IMG/VR virus record: IMGVR_UViG_2935109043_000001
Span: 22,210-86,209 of that record
From: a virus
Lineage: Duplodnaviria; Caudoviricetes
Direction: 5' to 3' (one strand)
DNA length: 64,000 nucleotides
The notes under the pieces were generated by a model, which did no database searches, had not been told where the DNA came from, and saw only the letters and a list, made by a program, of their open reading frames with translations. Shown here piece by piece: positions 27,591-37,624 of the stretch. Numbering within the stretch: the stretch's first letter is position 1; each line of letters starts with the position of its first letter. The translations under genes were made by a program, and so were the position numbers.

Positions 27591-27768
27591 CTTCCAGGAC
27601 GCGATCACGGTGGCTCTCTACCTGAAGGTAGGGCGCCGTCCTACGTCCGCAGAGATCCGTGAGGCGCTCGTCAGTGCCGACCTGGCCTCTGTGTCCAGGC
27701 CCACCGCGCAGCGCATTCGAGATCGGGTGGAAGCCGCCCACCCTCACCTTCGTACCTCGAACAACTGA
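27424..27768 (+). CDS. Small Cys-rich/HTH-like protein
   Basis: CSTDTC...CRTC; SRPTAQRIRDRVE. Confidence 0.55.
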   Translation: MNCSTDTCTRTALVREPLPLCRTCTLQVVLANYVNANLAASATPEVRGPAPEAVRSFQDAITVALYLKVGRRPTSAEIREALVSADLASVSRPTAQRIRDRVEAAHPHLRTSNN

Positions 27769-27777
27769 GGAGTCACC

Positions 27778-27963
27778 GTGACCACCAGCCTCGCCCCGGC
27801 CGCCGCCCCCACCACGGGGGCGGCCCCCGCCCCGGCCAGCCCGCAGACCACCACCCAGCCCACCGTCGACCCCGAGTACGCGGAGATCGCCGACGAGCTG
27901 TGGGCCGCCATCTGCCACATCGAATCCCTCAACCCGTACACCGCAGAGGAGGCCAGTAAGTGA
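27778..27963 (+). CDS. Small hypothetical protein
   Basis: RBS GAGGAG. Confidence 0.55.
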   Translation: MTTSLAPAAAPTTGAAPAPASPQTTTQPTVDPEYAEIADELWAAICHIESLNPYTAEEASK

Positions 27964-30005
27964 GCACGCAGATCGACACGCAGACACCCTCCGCGACCCC
28001 GCTGGACCTCACGTTGGGTAACGGAGGTGGGGGCGGGGCGGGGCGGGGCGGAAGCGAAAACAGCCCACAGAGCCCCCTGGTAGTCGTTCAGGGCGGCCGA
28101 TCCGCTTCCCCGCCCCGCCCCGCCCCGACCGCATCACGGGGCAACCAGGACAATTCGCTCCGGAACGGATACGCCGCGATCTCACACGGAGTGAGCGGCG
28201 AAACCGCCGCGATCGGCATCGGATTCCTCGCCGCCGGCCCCATCGGAGCCATCGTCGGAGGCGCCACACTCCCCGCCCTCGTCGCCGCCTCCATGTGGCG
28301 AGCCCGCCGCCGCGAACACGACCAGGACAGCAACAGCAACCAGAACGCCAGCACCAACCCCGCAGGCCCCAGCCGCGACCGCGACCGCTCCGGCGGCGGC
28401 CGAGGCCGCAACAACGGAACAGACGGAAGCCGCCACAACTCACCCAACGGACCGGGCGGCGGCCACAAGCCCTCCAAGGACACCAAGAACCACACCGACA
28501 CCCCCGGAAAGAACCGCAAGCCGAAGGCGAAGGACCCCGTCCTCAACAAGCTCGACAAGATCGGCAAAAACCTCAACGGCAAGCTCAAGAACAACCGCGA
28601 CAAGAACCGCCGCCCCGACCACGACAAGACAGGAAAGGACAACGGCGCCAACAACGGCAAAGCCCCCCAGGGACCGAAGGGACCGAAGCGCCGCAAGGAC
28701 CACAGCGCCAACTACCCCGACGACCGCCGATGGCGAGGCCGCGGCCACAAAGACAAACCGAAGAACCAGCGCAACGACAAGCGGACCAACCGCGGCGACA
28801 CCCTGTCGACCACCTCACCCGACGGCCTCGACCCGAAAGACCCCAAGGACGGCGGCACCCCCGTCGATGACCGCATCGCGCTCATCAAGGCCCGCCGCGA
28901 ACGCCACCAGCGGCGCCGCGCCATCAAGGCCGGCAAGAAAGCCGCAGACCGCGCGGCCCGCGACGGCAGCCTCGGCGACCCAGCCTCAGTGAAGCTCCAG
29001 GTCATCCGCGAAGAGAACCAGAAGATCGACCTGGAACTGCGCAACGAGAACCAGCTACTCGCCCTCGCGGCAGCCACAGAACGACGAAGGAGCACCCCCG
29101 TGAACTACCCCGCGATCACCACCGCGCCCGCCGGCACCCGCACCGCCGGTGCCGCCGTCGCACGGCAGATCGACCCCCGCAGCTCCGCCGCCTACACGCT
29201 CCTCGCCGCCATGGCCGACCAGCTCGCCCACGGCCTCCACAACGACGAGGACGCCGACATGGCAGACCACGTCGTAGAGCTCGTCGGCATCCCCAGCATG
29301 TGCCGCAACCTCGCGGTCGCCGTCCGCGAAGCCGCCGCCGCCCTGTCGAAGACCGCGCCGCTCCACCCCTCCGTCGTCAAGCACCTGAACTCCGCCGCGG
29401 TCGCCGCACTCACCGCCGCCCGCATGGCCGACACCATCATGATCGTGTTCGTGCAGGCGCACCGCGAGGACATCATGCGAGTCCTCGACCCCCGCGTCGG
29501 CGAAGAACGCTGGAACATCCGCAACGCCGCCGGCACCCTCGACGCCGCGAAGCTCCGCGCGGCCGTCGCCTCAGCACACACAGCCCGCCTCGCCCTGCCC
29601 GCAGGCACCTCACCCGCAGGCGCAACGAACAAGGGCTCCGGCAACCTCGTCCCCGTCTCAGACGCCCAGACGAAGAAGCTCATCACTCTCATGAAGGGCT
29701 TCGACCGCGGCCACATGACCGTGTGCCTCTCCGAAGTCGCCGGATCAGCCGCAGGCGTCGAAGTCGTCGCCGACGCCATCACCAAGCTCTACCGCCGGAT
29801 GTCCAGGACATGGCCGACCGAGCAGGCAGTCGACGAGACCGTCCGAGCGACCGCCTCCAAGGTCATGTCCGTCGCCGACGAGCTCCGCAAGGCCATCAAG
29901 GCAGCACAGCGCGCACACGAACGTGAACTGCGGCTCAACGCCAAGCCCCGCAAGGGCGCGCGAGCCGAAAAGAAGTGGGACGTCACTACCAGCCGCAAGG
30001 GCTGA
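27960..30005 (+). CDS. Membrane-anchored protein with basic low-complexity region and duplicated helical C-terminal domain (TraA-like position)
   Basis: Transmembrane segment; K/N/D-rich stretch; two related AHRE/AHER-containing repeats; immediately upstream of the FtsK-like gene. Confidence 0.7.
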   Translation: MSTQIDTQTPSATPLDLTLGNGGGGGAGRGGSENSPQSPLVVVQGGRSASPPRPAPTASRGNQDNSLRNGYAAISHGVSGETAAIGIGFLAAGPIGAIVGGATLPALVAASMWRARRREHDQDSNSNQNASTNPAGPSRDRDRSGGGRGRNNGTDGSRHNSPNGPGGGHKPSKDTKNHTDTPGKNRKPKAKDPVLNKLDKIGKNLNGKLKNNRDKNRRPDHDKTGKDNGANNGKAPQGPKGPKRRKDHSANYPDDRRWRGRGHKDKPKNQRNDKRTNRGDTLSTTSPDGLDPKDPKDGGTPVDDRIALIKARRERHQRRRAIKAGKKAADRAARDGSLGDPASVKLQVIREENQKIDLELRNENQLLALAAATERRRSTPVNYPAITTAPAGTRTAGAAVARQIDPRSSAAYTLLAAMADQLAHGLHNDEDADMADHVVELVGIPSMCRNLAVAVREAAAALSKTAPLHPSVVKHLNSAAVAALTAARMADTIMIVFVQAHREDIMRVLDPRVGEERWNIRNAAGTLDAAKLRAAVASAHTARLALPAGTSPAGATNKGSGNLVPVSDAQTKKLITLMKGFDRGHMTVCLSEVAGSAAGVEVVADAITKLYRRMSRTWPTEQAVDETVRATASKVMSVADELRKAIKAAQRAHERELRLNAKPRKGARAEKKWDVTTSRKG

Positions 30006-30016
30006 CCCGAGAGGAG

Positions 30017-32203
30017 ATGAAAGCCGTGACCGCAAGCAGCATTCCCGCAGGGCTGGAGACGCCCAGCGACAAGCCGAAGCGCTGGGACTTCAGCCGGGAC
30101 GCCGTCACCCCTGGGCGCCTGGTGGCCTGGGGCAGTGAGCTCGCCGTCGCAAGTGCCCTCGTCGCGCCCCTCGCCGACATTCCCTGGGAGGCCGGCGCCA
30201 CCGCGGGCGTGCTGTTCACCGGCGCGGCCGTCGCCTACGAGAAGGCCCGCGGCTCCTGGCGGCGCGTCATGGTCGCCCGCGCCTCCTCCTGGCTCGCCAC
30301 GACCGGATGGCTCTCCTACGCCCTCGCCACCAGCCCCACCCTCCTCACCATGGTCATCGGCGGGTCCGTGTGGGCCACCGGCGCAGCCGTGAACATCGCC
30401 GTCGACAGGTGGGGCGAGACAACCCGCGAAGCGGAGAAGGAACTCGACAACCGCCTCAAGGACGGCGAAGCCATCAAGGCCGCCCAGGACGGCTGGGCGA
30501 AGCTGCTGTACGACATCTGCGGCATCGACGGCGCCGTTGCCGACCCCATCGTCCACAAGTGGACCTCCGGCGCCGGCGAAACCGTGAAGATCACCCTCCC
30601 GGCCCACATGAACATCAACGCCCTGCGCGGCTACGAAGCCGAACTCGCCGGAGCCCTGCACCTCCCCAAGGGCGGCGGTATCGCCTTCTCCGACGGCGAC
30701 GCCAACGTGCCCCGCAACGTTGTGTTCATCGCGATCACCCGGAAGAACATGATGTCCGGCGCCATCGCCTACCCGAAGCTCACCCCCACCAGCATCAACC
30801 GGCCCATCGGCTTCGGCGTCGTCGGTGACGGCGCCGAAGCGGGGCTGAACCTCAAGGACGAGGGGTTCATCGCCATCGGAGCCCAGGGCTCCGGCAAGAC
30901 CGCCCTCATGAAGACCCTCGGCCTCGGCCTGATCCGCTGCGACGACGCGATCGTCTGGGACATGGACACCTCCGCGAAGATGTCCGCGATTTTCATCAAC
31001 CCCTACCTGCGGCACGGCATCGGCGTACCCCTCATCGACTGGCCCGCCACCAACGAAGACGAATGCCGCCTCATGGTCCGCGCCGCCCGCGACATCATCG
31101 CCGCCCGCAAAACCGAATACTCCGACCTCCTCGAAGACGAAGACATCGACAACCTGCCCGCACGGCCCGAGATCCCCGCCATCCACATCCGAGTCGACGA
31201 GACCAAGTCCATGCCCGACGACGTCCTCGAAGGCATCGACTTCATCATCGAAGAGGGCCGCTCCGTCAACGTCCGCGTCTCCAACACGGGCCTCCGAGCC
31301 ACCCGCGAATACATCACGGGGACAATGGACGAGCTCACCCCCGGCCGGATCGGGCTCCGCACCAACAACGCCAGCGAGCTGGCCATGCTGTTCCCCGGCT
31401 ACGGCGCCCCCGACATGGCCCTATTCACCGACCCCGGCACCGTCGTCTACATGTCCGCAACCAAGGGCCCCTTCCAGCCCACCCCAGCCAAGGCGTACGC
31501 CACCATGGCCGAAGCATTCACCGAGGGCACCGACGAACACGAGCGCATGGCCAACCTCTTCATGGACGCCGCCCGGCAGCTCTCCACCATCCGCCCTGAC
31601 CTCGACGCGATCTCCGCGAAGGCAGCGGGCCCCGCCTACGGGCAGCGCTGGGCCCGCTGCATCCCCAACCTCCGCGGCGACGCCTACGGCAACGTCACTC
31701 CCGACCGCATGCACGAGTCGGTGTGGGAGCTGTACCGATCCTGGCCGGCGCCCCTCTCCTACGACGTGCTCCTCGGCCGCTCCTACGACGACGGCGGCAT
31801 GGCCAGTACCGACTCGACCATGAACATCCCCCGCCTGTCCGAAGTGATGCTCGACGACGACGCCATGGAACTGGCCGCGGCCCAGGAAGCCGCCATCGAG
31901 CTGGCCAAGACCAACGTCACCACGAAGACCCACGACGACCTGGCCATCGAACTGTTCGCCTCACTCGGCCGGCCGGCCAAGCCCAGCGAAGTGTTCCCGC
32001 TGATGGTCAAGGCCAAGTACACCAAGTCGGACCGGACGTTCCGTGACCTGTGCGCGAAGCTGGCCCTCCAGGACAAGCTCGTGAAGGGGGATGATGGAAC
32101 CTACGCGGCAACCGAGTGCGAGGGGTCCCATGCAGCCCGACGAGTTCCCGGACATGGATCTGAAAATGACGCCTATGGAGGCGGCGATGCTCCACATGAG
32201 TGA
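30017..32203 (+). CDS. FtsK/SpoIIIE-like DNA translocase (Streptomyces TraB-type conjugation protein)
   Basis: N-terminal TM helices; Walker A GAQGSGKT; Walker B IHIRVDE; C-terminal wHTH-like segment. Confidence 0.85.
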   Translation: MKAVTASSIPAGLETPSDKPKRWDFSRDAVTPGRLVAWGSELAVASALVAPLADIPWEAGATAGVLFTGAAVAYEKARGSWRRVMVARASSWLATTGWLSYALATSPTLLTMVIGGSVWATGAAVNIAVDRWGETTREAEKELDNRLKDGEAIKAAQDGWAKLLYDICGIDGAVADPIVHKWTSGAGETVKITLPAHMNINALRGYEAELAGALHLPKGGGIAFSDGDANVPRNVVFIAITRKNMMSGAIAYPKLTPTSINRPIGFGVVGDGAEAGLNLKDEGFIAIGAQGSGKTALMKTLGLGLIRCDDAIVWDMDTSAKMSAIFINPYLRHGIGVPLIDWPATNEDECRLMVRAARDIIAARKTEYSDLLEDEDIDNLPARPEIPAIHIRVDETKSMPDDVLEGIDFIIEEGRSVNVRVSNTGLRATREYITGTMDELTPGRIGLRTNNASELAMLFPGYGAPDMALFTDPGTVVYMSATKGPFQPTPAKAYATMAEAFTEGTDEHERMANLFMDAARQLSTIRPDLDAISAKAAGPAYGQRWARCIPNLRGDAYGNVTPDRMHESVWELYRSWPAPLSYDVLLGRSYDDGGMASTDSTMNIPRLSEVMLDDDAMELAAAQEAAIELAKTNVTTKTHDDLAIELFASLGRPAKPSEVFPLMVKAKYTKSDRTFRDLCAKLALQDKLVKGDDGTYAATECEGSHAARRVPGHGSENDAYGGGDAPHE

Positions 32204-32312
32204 GCTGATCTCCGGCCTGATGAAGGCCGGCCTCAGCGAGCACTCCGCTGTGCGCTTCGCAGCGATCTACTTCGCCGAGCAGTCGGGCCGCGAGAACGCG
32301 GACGACGACTGA
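32130..32312 (+). CDS. Small hypothetical protein
   Basis: MTPMEAAML...LMKAGLSE; overlaps the 3' end of the upstream gene. Confidence 0.55.
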   Translation: MQPDEFPDMDLKMTPMEAAMLHMSELISGLMKAGLSEHSAVRFAAIYFAEQSGRENADDD

Positions 32313-32330
32313 GTTCAACGCGACCAGGAG

Positions 32331-32359
32331 AGCCCCCGGGTCGTACCCGGGGGCTTTTT
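32331..32359 (+). terminator. Intrinsic terminator
   Basis: AGCCCCCGGG-N5-CCCGGGGGCT followed by TTTT. Confidence 0.85.
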
Positions 32360-32433
32360 GCGTCTCCAGTCAGCTCTCTGCTCGCCGATCCTCGCCCCCG
32401 ACGAAGGGAGGCCCACCCCACCCGGAGACCCCG

Positions 32434-33063
32434 ATGCCTACGACGCTCCTCACCCCTGACCAGCTCGACCAGCAGGCCGCCGCCCTCTACGACACCGCGG
32501 CGTGGCAGCAGATCGTCTCCGGCTGGACTCTCACCGCCCCCGAACCCCAGCCGTACACCGGCAACCGGCCCGTCGAGCAGACCACCGTCGGGGACTGGCG
32601 GGACCTCCTCAACGGCACCGTCGAAGACCTCATCGCCACCGCCACCACAACCCTCCCCCCAGCCGCACCCGCCGAACGGCCCCTCCCCGGCAGGCTCGGT
32701 GCGATCCTCCCCGACCGGCTCCACGCCTGGCGGCGCATCGGCCAGCCCGACATCCGGCCCAGCGTCCAGCTTGCTTACGCCCGCCACCTCCTCGTGGCAT
32801 GGGGCTGGCAGAACCGCCCGTACCGGCTCCGCGACGGCTGGGGAGCCCGCTGCCTGTGCGGGGCGCTGCTGTCCGCCCACCGTCTCGGCTACGGCAGCCT
32901 CGACACTGCGAACCGGTCTGCTGCGTGGCTGATGACGGGGCTGCGGCATGAGGGGTGGGCGGGTTTGATCGGCGAGTGGAATCGTGCGCCGGGCCGCACG
33001 GCGGGGCAGGCTCTCGCCCTGGTCGACACGGTCACGGGATGGGCGGCGCAGGCGGGGGAGTAG
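32434..33063 (+). CDS. DUF6197-like protein
   Basis: GWQN...RCLCGAL...WNRAPGRT. Confidence 0.75.
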   Translation: MPTTLLTPDQLDQQAAALYDTAAWQQIVSGWTLTAPEPQPYTGNRPVEQTTVGDWRDLLNGTVEDLIATATTTLPPAAPAERPLPGRLGAILPDRLHAWRRIGQPDIRPSVQLAYARHLLVAWGWQNRPYRLRDGWGARCLCGALLSAHRLGYGSLDTANRSAAWLMTGLRHEGWAGLIGEWNRAPGRTAGQALALVDTVTGWAAQAGE

Positions 33064-33111
33064 CAGGTGCGCTCTCCGTTCCGGAATCGCTCGCCTGTCG
33101 TTGCAACAGGC

Positions 33112-33333
33112 ATGACGAAGAGTGAACAGTCATTGACCGAGCAGCCTCAGCCCGAAGACATCGAGCGCTGCGGTCATCCGGCCTGCGTAGAGAGTCGAGA
33201 GAGGGATAGGCAGGTGCGCCGTCAGTACGACGAGGCCCAGGTCGAGGCTGAAGAGATGAGAGCGCTGCTGAGGGGTTTCGTGGAGCCCTTTGAAGCGCTG
33301 GAAAAGTACTGGGCTGTACGCGCAGGGGCATAG
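33112..33333 (+). CDS. Small hypothetical protein
   Basis: CGHPAC; coiled-coil-like. Confidence 0.45.
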   Translation: MTKSEQSLTEQPQPEDIERCGHPACVESRERDRQVRRQYDEAQVEAEEMRALLRGFVEPFEALEKYWAVRAGA

Positions 33334-33530
33334 CAGCCCGGACAAACGCCCGAATGTACGTCACGCTGGTCTTGCACGGCTCGGGAGACGTATCCCTGTT
33401 GAGCGTCCCCGCGCCTCGATGGGCAGTGCCCGAGCCGTGCTACAGACTGGTCCGCCCCGTGACGGAGGCGTTGACCACCGGCCCCGCGACCCACATCCCC
33501 CAGGGTTGCGGGGCCCCTTCACGTCACGGT

Positions 33531-34232
33531 CTACTTCACCTGTCGCCACACACCACAATCCCGCGTCGTGAACGCCCCGTCCGACGACTCGATTGTCACC
33601 GTGATCGACCTAGCGTCACCCGACACGAACTGGTTGTCGATGATCTGCCCATCCGGCGTCGACCGCTCCCAGTAACAGTCACTCAGCCCCGCCTCGCCGC
33701 CCGTCGTCCGATAAGTGCCCGGCCGCACCGACCGCGCCCCCACCTCCGACGACACCTCATACGAGCCGCCCAACAGCAACTGCTCCGCCTTGCCGTCGAG
33801 CACCTCCAGGACGGTCTTCTCCCAGCGCGGGCACAGCACCGGCACCCCCGCCCGCAACGCGAGCCGCTCGTCGCCCTCCGGCGGATTCGCACGGGTCAGC
33901 CACGCCGACGGCGGAAAGTCCGGGTCCCCGTCCTCGTCAACACCGTCGAGCGTCTCGCACACCGCATCCACGTACTCCGACGCCAGCTCATAGTCCGGGT
34001 CCGGCATCTTCCAGCCCTCAGCCTCCGCTCCGGCATCCACACGCTCCTGCGGGGACTCGATGTGCACCTCCTCCGTCGCCGACGGCGCCACCGACGGACT
34101 CACCGAAACCGACGCCGACGCAGACGGGGACGGCGCAGACTCCGCCTCCCCACCCCCACCGCACCCGGCCACCAACACCATCGCCACGGCCGAAGCCGCC
34201 CCCACCCCAAGTTGTCTCATGTGCCGCATCAT
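33531..34232 (-). CDS. Lipoprotein, antisense to the late operon (moron; possible superinfection exclusion)
   Basis: Signal peptide with lipobox LVAGC; PGTYRT...CYWER domain. Confidence 0.8.
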   Translation of the reverse strand: MMRHMRQLGVGAASAVAMVLVAGCGGGGEAESAPSPSASASVSVSPSVAPSATEEVHIESPQERVDAGAEAEGWKMPDPDYELASEYVDAVCETLDGVDEDGDPDFPPSAWLTRANPPEGDERLALRAGVPVLCPRWEKTVLEVLDGKAEQLLLGGSYEVSSEVGARSVRPGTYRTTGGEAGLSDCYWERSTPDGQIIDNQFVSGDARSITVTIESSDGAFTTRDCGVWRQVK

Positions 34233-34252
34233 CCCCGCCTCAACCCGACCGA

Positions 34253-34302
34253 GGGAACACAAGTCCACACATCAGGCATGATCTGTAACAGGCGCGGGGC
34301 CT
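34253..34302 (+). promoter_or_regulatory. Late promoter motif plus 13-mer box upstream of the small terminase
   Basis: GGGAAC-N18-CATGAT, then AGGCGCGGGGCCT. Confidence 0.6.
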
Positions 34303-34330
34303 AACCACACACAGCGGGAGCCCCACCGCC

Positions 34331-34822
34331 ATGAGCGCATCCAAAGCACAGCAAGCCGTCACCGCCGAACGCCGCGCCAAGCTCATCCGCATGCGGCTCG
34401 CCGGCCACGAGTTCGACGAGATCGCCCGCGTCCTTGAGTACTCGTCGGCGTCCGCCGCATCCAAAGACATGATCCGCGTCCTGGAGAAGCGCCGCGACGA
34501 ACAGGACGCCGAGGTCAGCGTCTACCGGCAGCAGGAAGGCGACCGCCTCGACGCGCTCCTCCGCGCCCACTGGGACGCTGCCACAAGTGGCGACGACCCA
34601 AAGGCCGCCGATCTCGTCCTGAAGATCATGGACAGGCGCGCCAAGCTCATGGGCCTCGACATGCCCGTCCGCGCCGAAGTGTCCGGCCCCGACGGCGGCG
34701 CCGTCCCCCTCGGCACCGGAGCCCTCGCCGAACTCCAACAGCTCATCTCCATCGCCGGACAGACCGGCGACCCCGACACGCTCCTCGACGGCGAGCAGGA
34801 CACCGGTGACAACACCGACTGA
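34331..34822 (+). CDS. Terminase small subunit
   Basis: N-terminal HTH; RRAKLMGLD; EVSGPDGG; position before the large subunit. Confidence 0.85.
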   Translation: MSASKAQQAVTAERRAKLIRMRLAGHEFDEIARVLEYSSASAASKDMIRVLEKRRDEQDAEVSVYRQQEGDRLDALLRAHWDAATSGDDPKAADLVLKIMDRRAKLMGLDMPVRAEVSGPDGGAVPLGTGALAELQQLISIAGQTGDPDTLLDGEQDTGDNTD

Positions 34823-37316
34823 CCTCGCCGAGGACGCCGTCCTCCAGCACTACCGGACCCTGCCCGTACCCGAACGCCGCAGGGTCGCCCGGCGTGCCAG
34901 CCCCGAACTCCGCCTCCGCCTCGCCTGGGTCGAGCGGCAGATCGCCATGGACCGCTCACCCGGCAGCCTCGCCGCCGTCCTCACCGAAGGCCGCGAGAAG
35001 CAGGCCCGACACCTCGACATGATCGATGCGGTGTTCATGCGGATCGCGGCAGGCGAACGCATGCAGGTGATGATCACGTGCCCACCCCGGCACGGGAAGG
35101 CGCTGGCGCTGGACACTCCGATAGCCACGCCAACAGGCTGGTCGACGATGGGCGAACTCAAGGTCGGCGATCAGGTCTTCGACGAGCAGGGTCGTCCCTG
35201 CAAGGTCACCTGGACGTCGCCCACCTGGTACGACCGGCCCTGCTTTGACGTGGTCACGGACAGCGGAGGCCACATCGTCGCCGACTACGCGCACGAGTGG
35301 AAGGCCAACCTGGACCGGCGGTGCCCGGACCGGCTTTACAACACCTGCGACCTCGCCCGCCCGCGCGGCAAGCAGGCCCTTATCTGGACGACGGGTGCCC
35401 TCCAGCTCCCGGACCAAGACCTCCTCGTCCCGCCCTACTTGCTGGGCGCCTGGCTTGGAGACGGGCGCTCCCTGGACGGCGGTATCACCGCCGAGCCCGA
35501 AGATGCGAAGCACCTGCGATCCGTGATCCACGACCTCGGGTACGAGACAGTCCAGTGGTCCAACCCGACGGTCTTCGGGGTGAACGGGCTGCGTAGCCAG
35601 CTCCGTGAACTTGGCGTGCTCGGCAACAAGCATGTGCCGGCGAAGTACCTGCGGGGGTCCGCCGCGCAGCGCAGAGCCCTGCTCCAAGGTCTGGTGGACA
35701 CTGATGGGTACGTGGCCAAGGACGGCCAAGTTGAGTTCTGCAGCATCAAGCGTGACCTCGCAGAAGCCGTCCAGGAGCTGGTGTACAGCCTGGGCGGGAA
35801 GGCCTCACTCATCGTCGGTGACGCGATGCTCAACGGGCGCTTCATCAGCAAGAAGTACCGCGTCATGTTCTACATGGAAGGGGTCGCCCGGCTGCCCCGT
35901 AAGGCGGTCCTGTGCCGCAGCGGGATACGTGCCAACCGGCACTACGTGATGGCCATGCGCCGCAGCGCCACGGCCACCCGCTGTATCGAAGTGGACTCGC
36001 CGTCGCACCTCTTCCTGGCTGGCCGAGCGATGATCCCCACCCACAACAGCCAGCGGGCATCACGCTGGGGTCCCCTCTGGTACCTGCGACGCAACCCCAC
36101 CGCCCGCGTCATGCTCGCCTCCTACGGCGCCGACCTCGCCGACGACCACGGCCGCTGGGTCCGCGACCAGCTCCGCGACTACGCACCCACCCTCGGCATC
36201 CGCCTCGACGACGGCAGCCGGGCCGCCAACCGCTTCGACCTCGAAGCGCCCCGCAACTCGTCCGTGCGAGGCGGCATGGTCACCGCTGGCGTCGGGGGGT
36301 CTCTGAATGGCAAGGGATTTTCGCTAGGCATCATCGACGACCCGTTCAAGGGCTCCGACGACGCCAACAGTCCAGCTCAGCGCGACCGCGTGTGGAACTG
36401 GTACCAGTCGGTCTTCTACACCCGCCGGGCCCCCGGCGCCTCCATGATCTTGATCAACACCCGCTGGCACGAAGACGACCTCTCAGGGCGCATCCTCTCC
36501 GTCGAACCCGAGAACTGGACCCTCATCGACCTCCCCGCCCTCGCCATGTCCGCCGACGACCCCCTCGGACGCGCCCCCGGTGACGCCCTGTGGCCCGAGC
36601 AGTACGACGCCGAGGAGCTGGCCCGCACCAAACGCGCGGTCGGCGAACGCGTCTGGTGGGCGCTCTACCAGCAGCAGCCCCGCCCCCTCGAAGGCGGCGT
36701 GTGGCAGTGGGCGTGGATCACCGCCAACCGCATCAGCCCCGCCGCGATGCGCGGTATTGACCTGTCTCGCATCGTCGTTGCCATCGACCCATCTGGCGGC
36801 GCTGGCGGAGCGAACGATGAGACCGGCATCGTCGCCGCTGGCCGCACCCGCGATGGCCAGTACTACGTGCTGGAGGACCGCTCCGGCCGGCACGGCGCCA
36901 ACGCGTGGGGCCGCGAAGCGTGCCTCCGCGCCGTCGAGCTGCGCGCGGACGCGTTCGTCGTCGAGACGAACTTCGGCGGCGACATGACGAAGCAGGTACT
37001 CATCCAGGCGTGGCAGGAGCTTGAGCGGCAGGACGCCACCGCAGGTATGCCCATGCCGCGGATCGTGGAGGTCGTCGCCAAGCAGGGCAAGCGACTGCGT
37101 GCGGAGCCGATCGCTCAGCTCTACGAGCAGGGACTCGTCCATCACGTGGGGGAGTGGCCGGCGCTGGAGACGCAGATGGTGACGTGGCTGCCTGGCATGG
37201 ACTCCCCGGACCGCATGGACGCCGCGGTGCACGCGCTGACTGAGCTGGCCGATCCGGCGTCGACGGGCCTGGGTACGGGCGCCTACCAGGACCAGCGGCT
37301 GCGGGGCAGGCGGTGA
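34806..37316 (+). CDS. Terminase large subunit containing an intein
   Basis: PPRHGK|S Walker A split by the intein; IIDDP Walker B; AIDP and SPDRMDA nuclease motifs. Confidence 0.96.
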   Translation: MTTPTDLAEDAVLQHYRTLPVPERRRVARRASPELRLRLAWVERQIAMDRSPGSLAAVLTEGREKQARHLDMIDAVFMRIAAGERMQVMITCPPRHGKALALDTPIATPTGWSTMGELKVGDQVFDEQGRPCKVTWTSPTWYDRPCFDVVTDSGGHIVADYAHEWKANLDRRCPDRLYNTCDLARPRGKQALIWTTGALQLPDQDLLVPPYLLGAWLGDGRSLDGGITAEPEDAKHLRSVIHDLGYETVQWSNPTVFGVNGLRSQLRELGVLGNKHVPAKYLRGSAAQRRALLQGLVDTDGYVAKDGQVEFCSIKRDLAEAVQELVYSLGGKASLIVGDAMLNGRFISKKYRVMFYMEGVARLPRKAVLCRSGIRANRHYVMAMRRSATATRCIEVDSPSHLFLAGRAMIPTHNSQRASRWGPLWYLRRNPTARVMLASYGADLADDHGRWVRDQLRDYAPTLGIRLDDGSRAANRFDLEAPRNSSVRGGMVTAGVGGSLNGKGFSLGIIDDPFKGSDDANSPAQRDRVWNWYQSVFYTRRAPGASMILINTRWHEDDLSGRILSVEPENWTLIDLPALAMSADDPLGRAPGDALWPEQYDAEELARTKRAVGERVWWALYQQQPRPLEGGVWQWAWITANRISPAAMRGIDLSRIVVAIDPSGGAGGANDETGIVAAGRTRDGQYYVLEDRSGRHGANAWGREACLRAVELRADAFVVETNFGGDMTKQVLIQAWQELERQDATAGMPMPRIVEVVAKQGKRLRAEPIAQLYEQGLVHHVGEWPALETQMVTWLPGMDSPDRMDAAVHALTELADPASTGLGTGAYQDQRLRGRR
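35100..36047 (+). mobile_element. Class 3 intein with LAGLIDADG homing endonuclease (316 aa)
   Basis: Starts ALALDTPI (Ala1) and ends IPTHN before Ser; LLGAWLGDG and LLQGLVDTDG; WCT triad (HEW, RCIEV, THN). Confidence 0.92.
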
Positions 37317-37320
37317 GGGG

Positions 37321-37368
37321 CAGAGTGTCGGCAGAGTGGTCCCACAGTGTCCCCAGAGTGGTGTCAGA
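37321..37368. repeat. Four 11-bp-phased CA(G/C)AGTG repeats
   Basis: Units start at 37321, 37332, 37343 and 37354; partial unit at 37365. Confidence 0.65.
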
Positions 37369-37531
37369 AGCCCGGGAGATGTGACACGAGGTTTGCAGCC
37401 ACTGATCTAAATCACGCTATGCTCGGTTGACACCCGAGCGTGCCGAACGACGCATCGGGTGCAAAAGGGAGACGGCGAAGCCCACCCTGCAAGGAAGACT
37501 CCGCCGTCGCCTATCTAACGGAAGCGCCTGG

Positions 37532-37624
37532 CTAGGAGCTGAGCCAGATCGTCCACTGGAGAGCCACCTCCAGGAAACTGACGATCAGGAATCCCAGCGC
37601 CCAGTCGGGCGTTTCGTTCTGCAT
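37532..37624 (-). CDS. 30-aa hydrophobic peptide MQNETPDWALGFLIVSFLEVALQWTIWLSS
   Basis: RBS AAGGGAG upstream; single TM-like helix; lies in the lower-GC insert between terminase and portal. Confidence 0.45.
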   Translation of the reverse strand: MQNETPDWALGFLIVSFLEVALQWTIWLSS

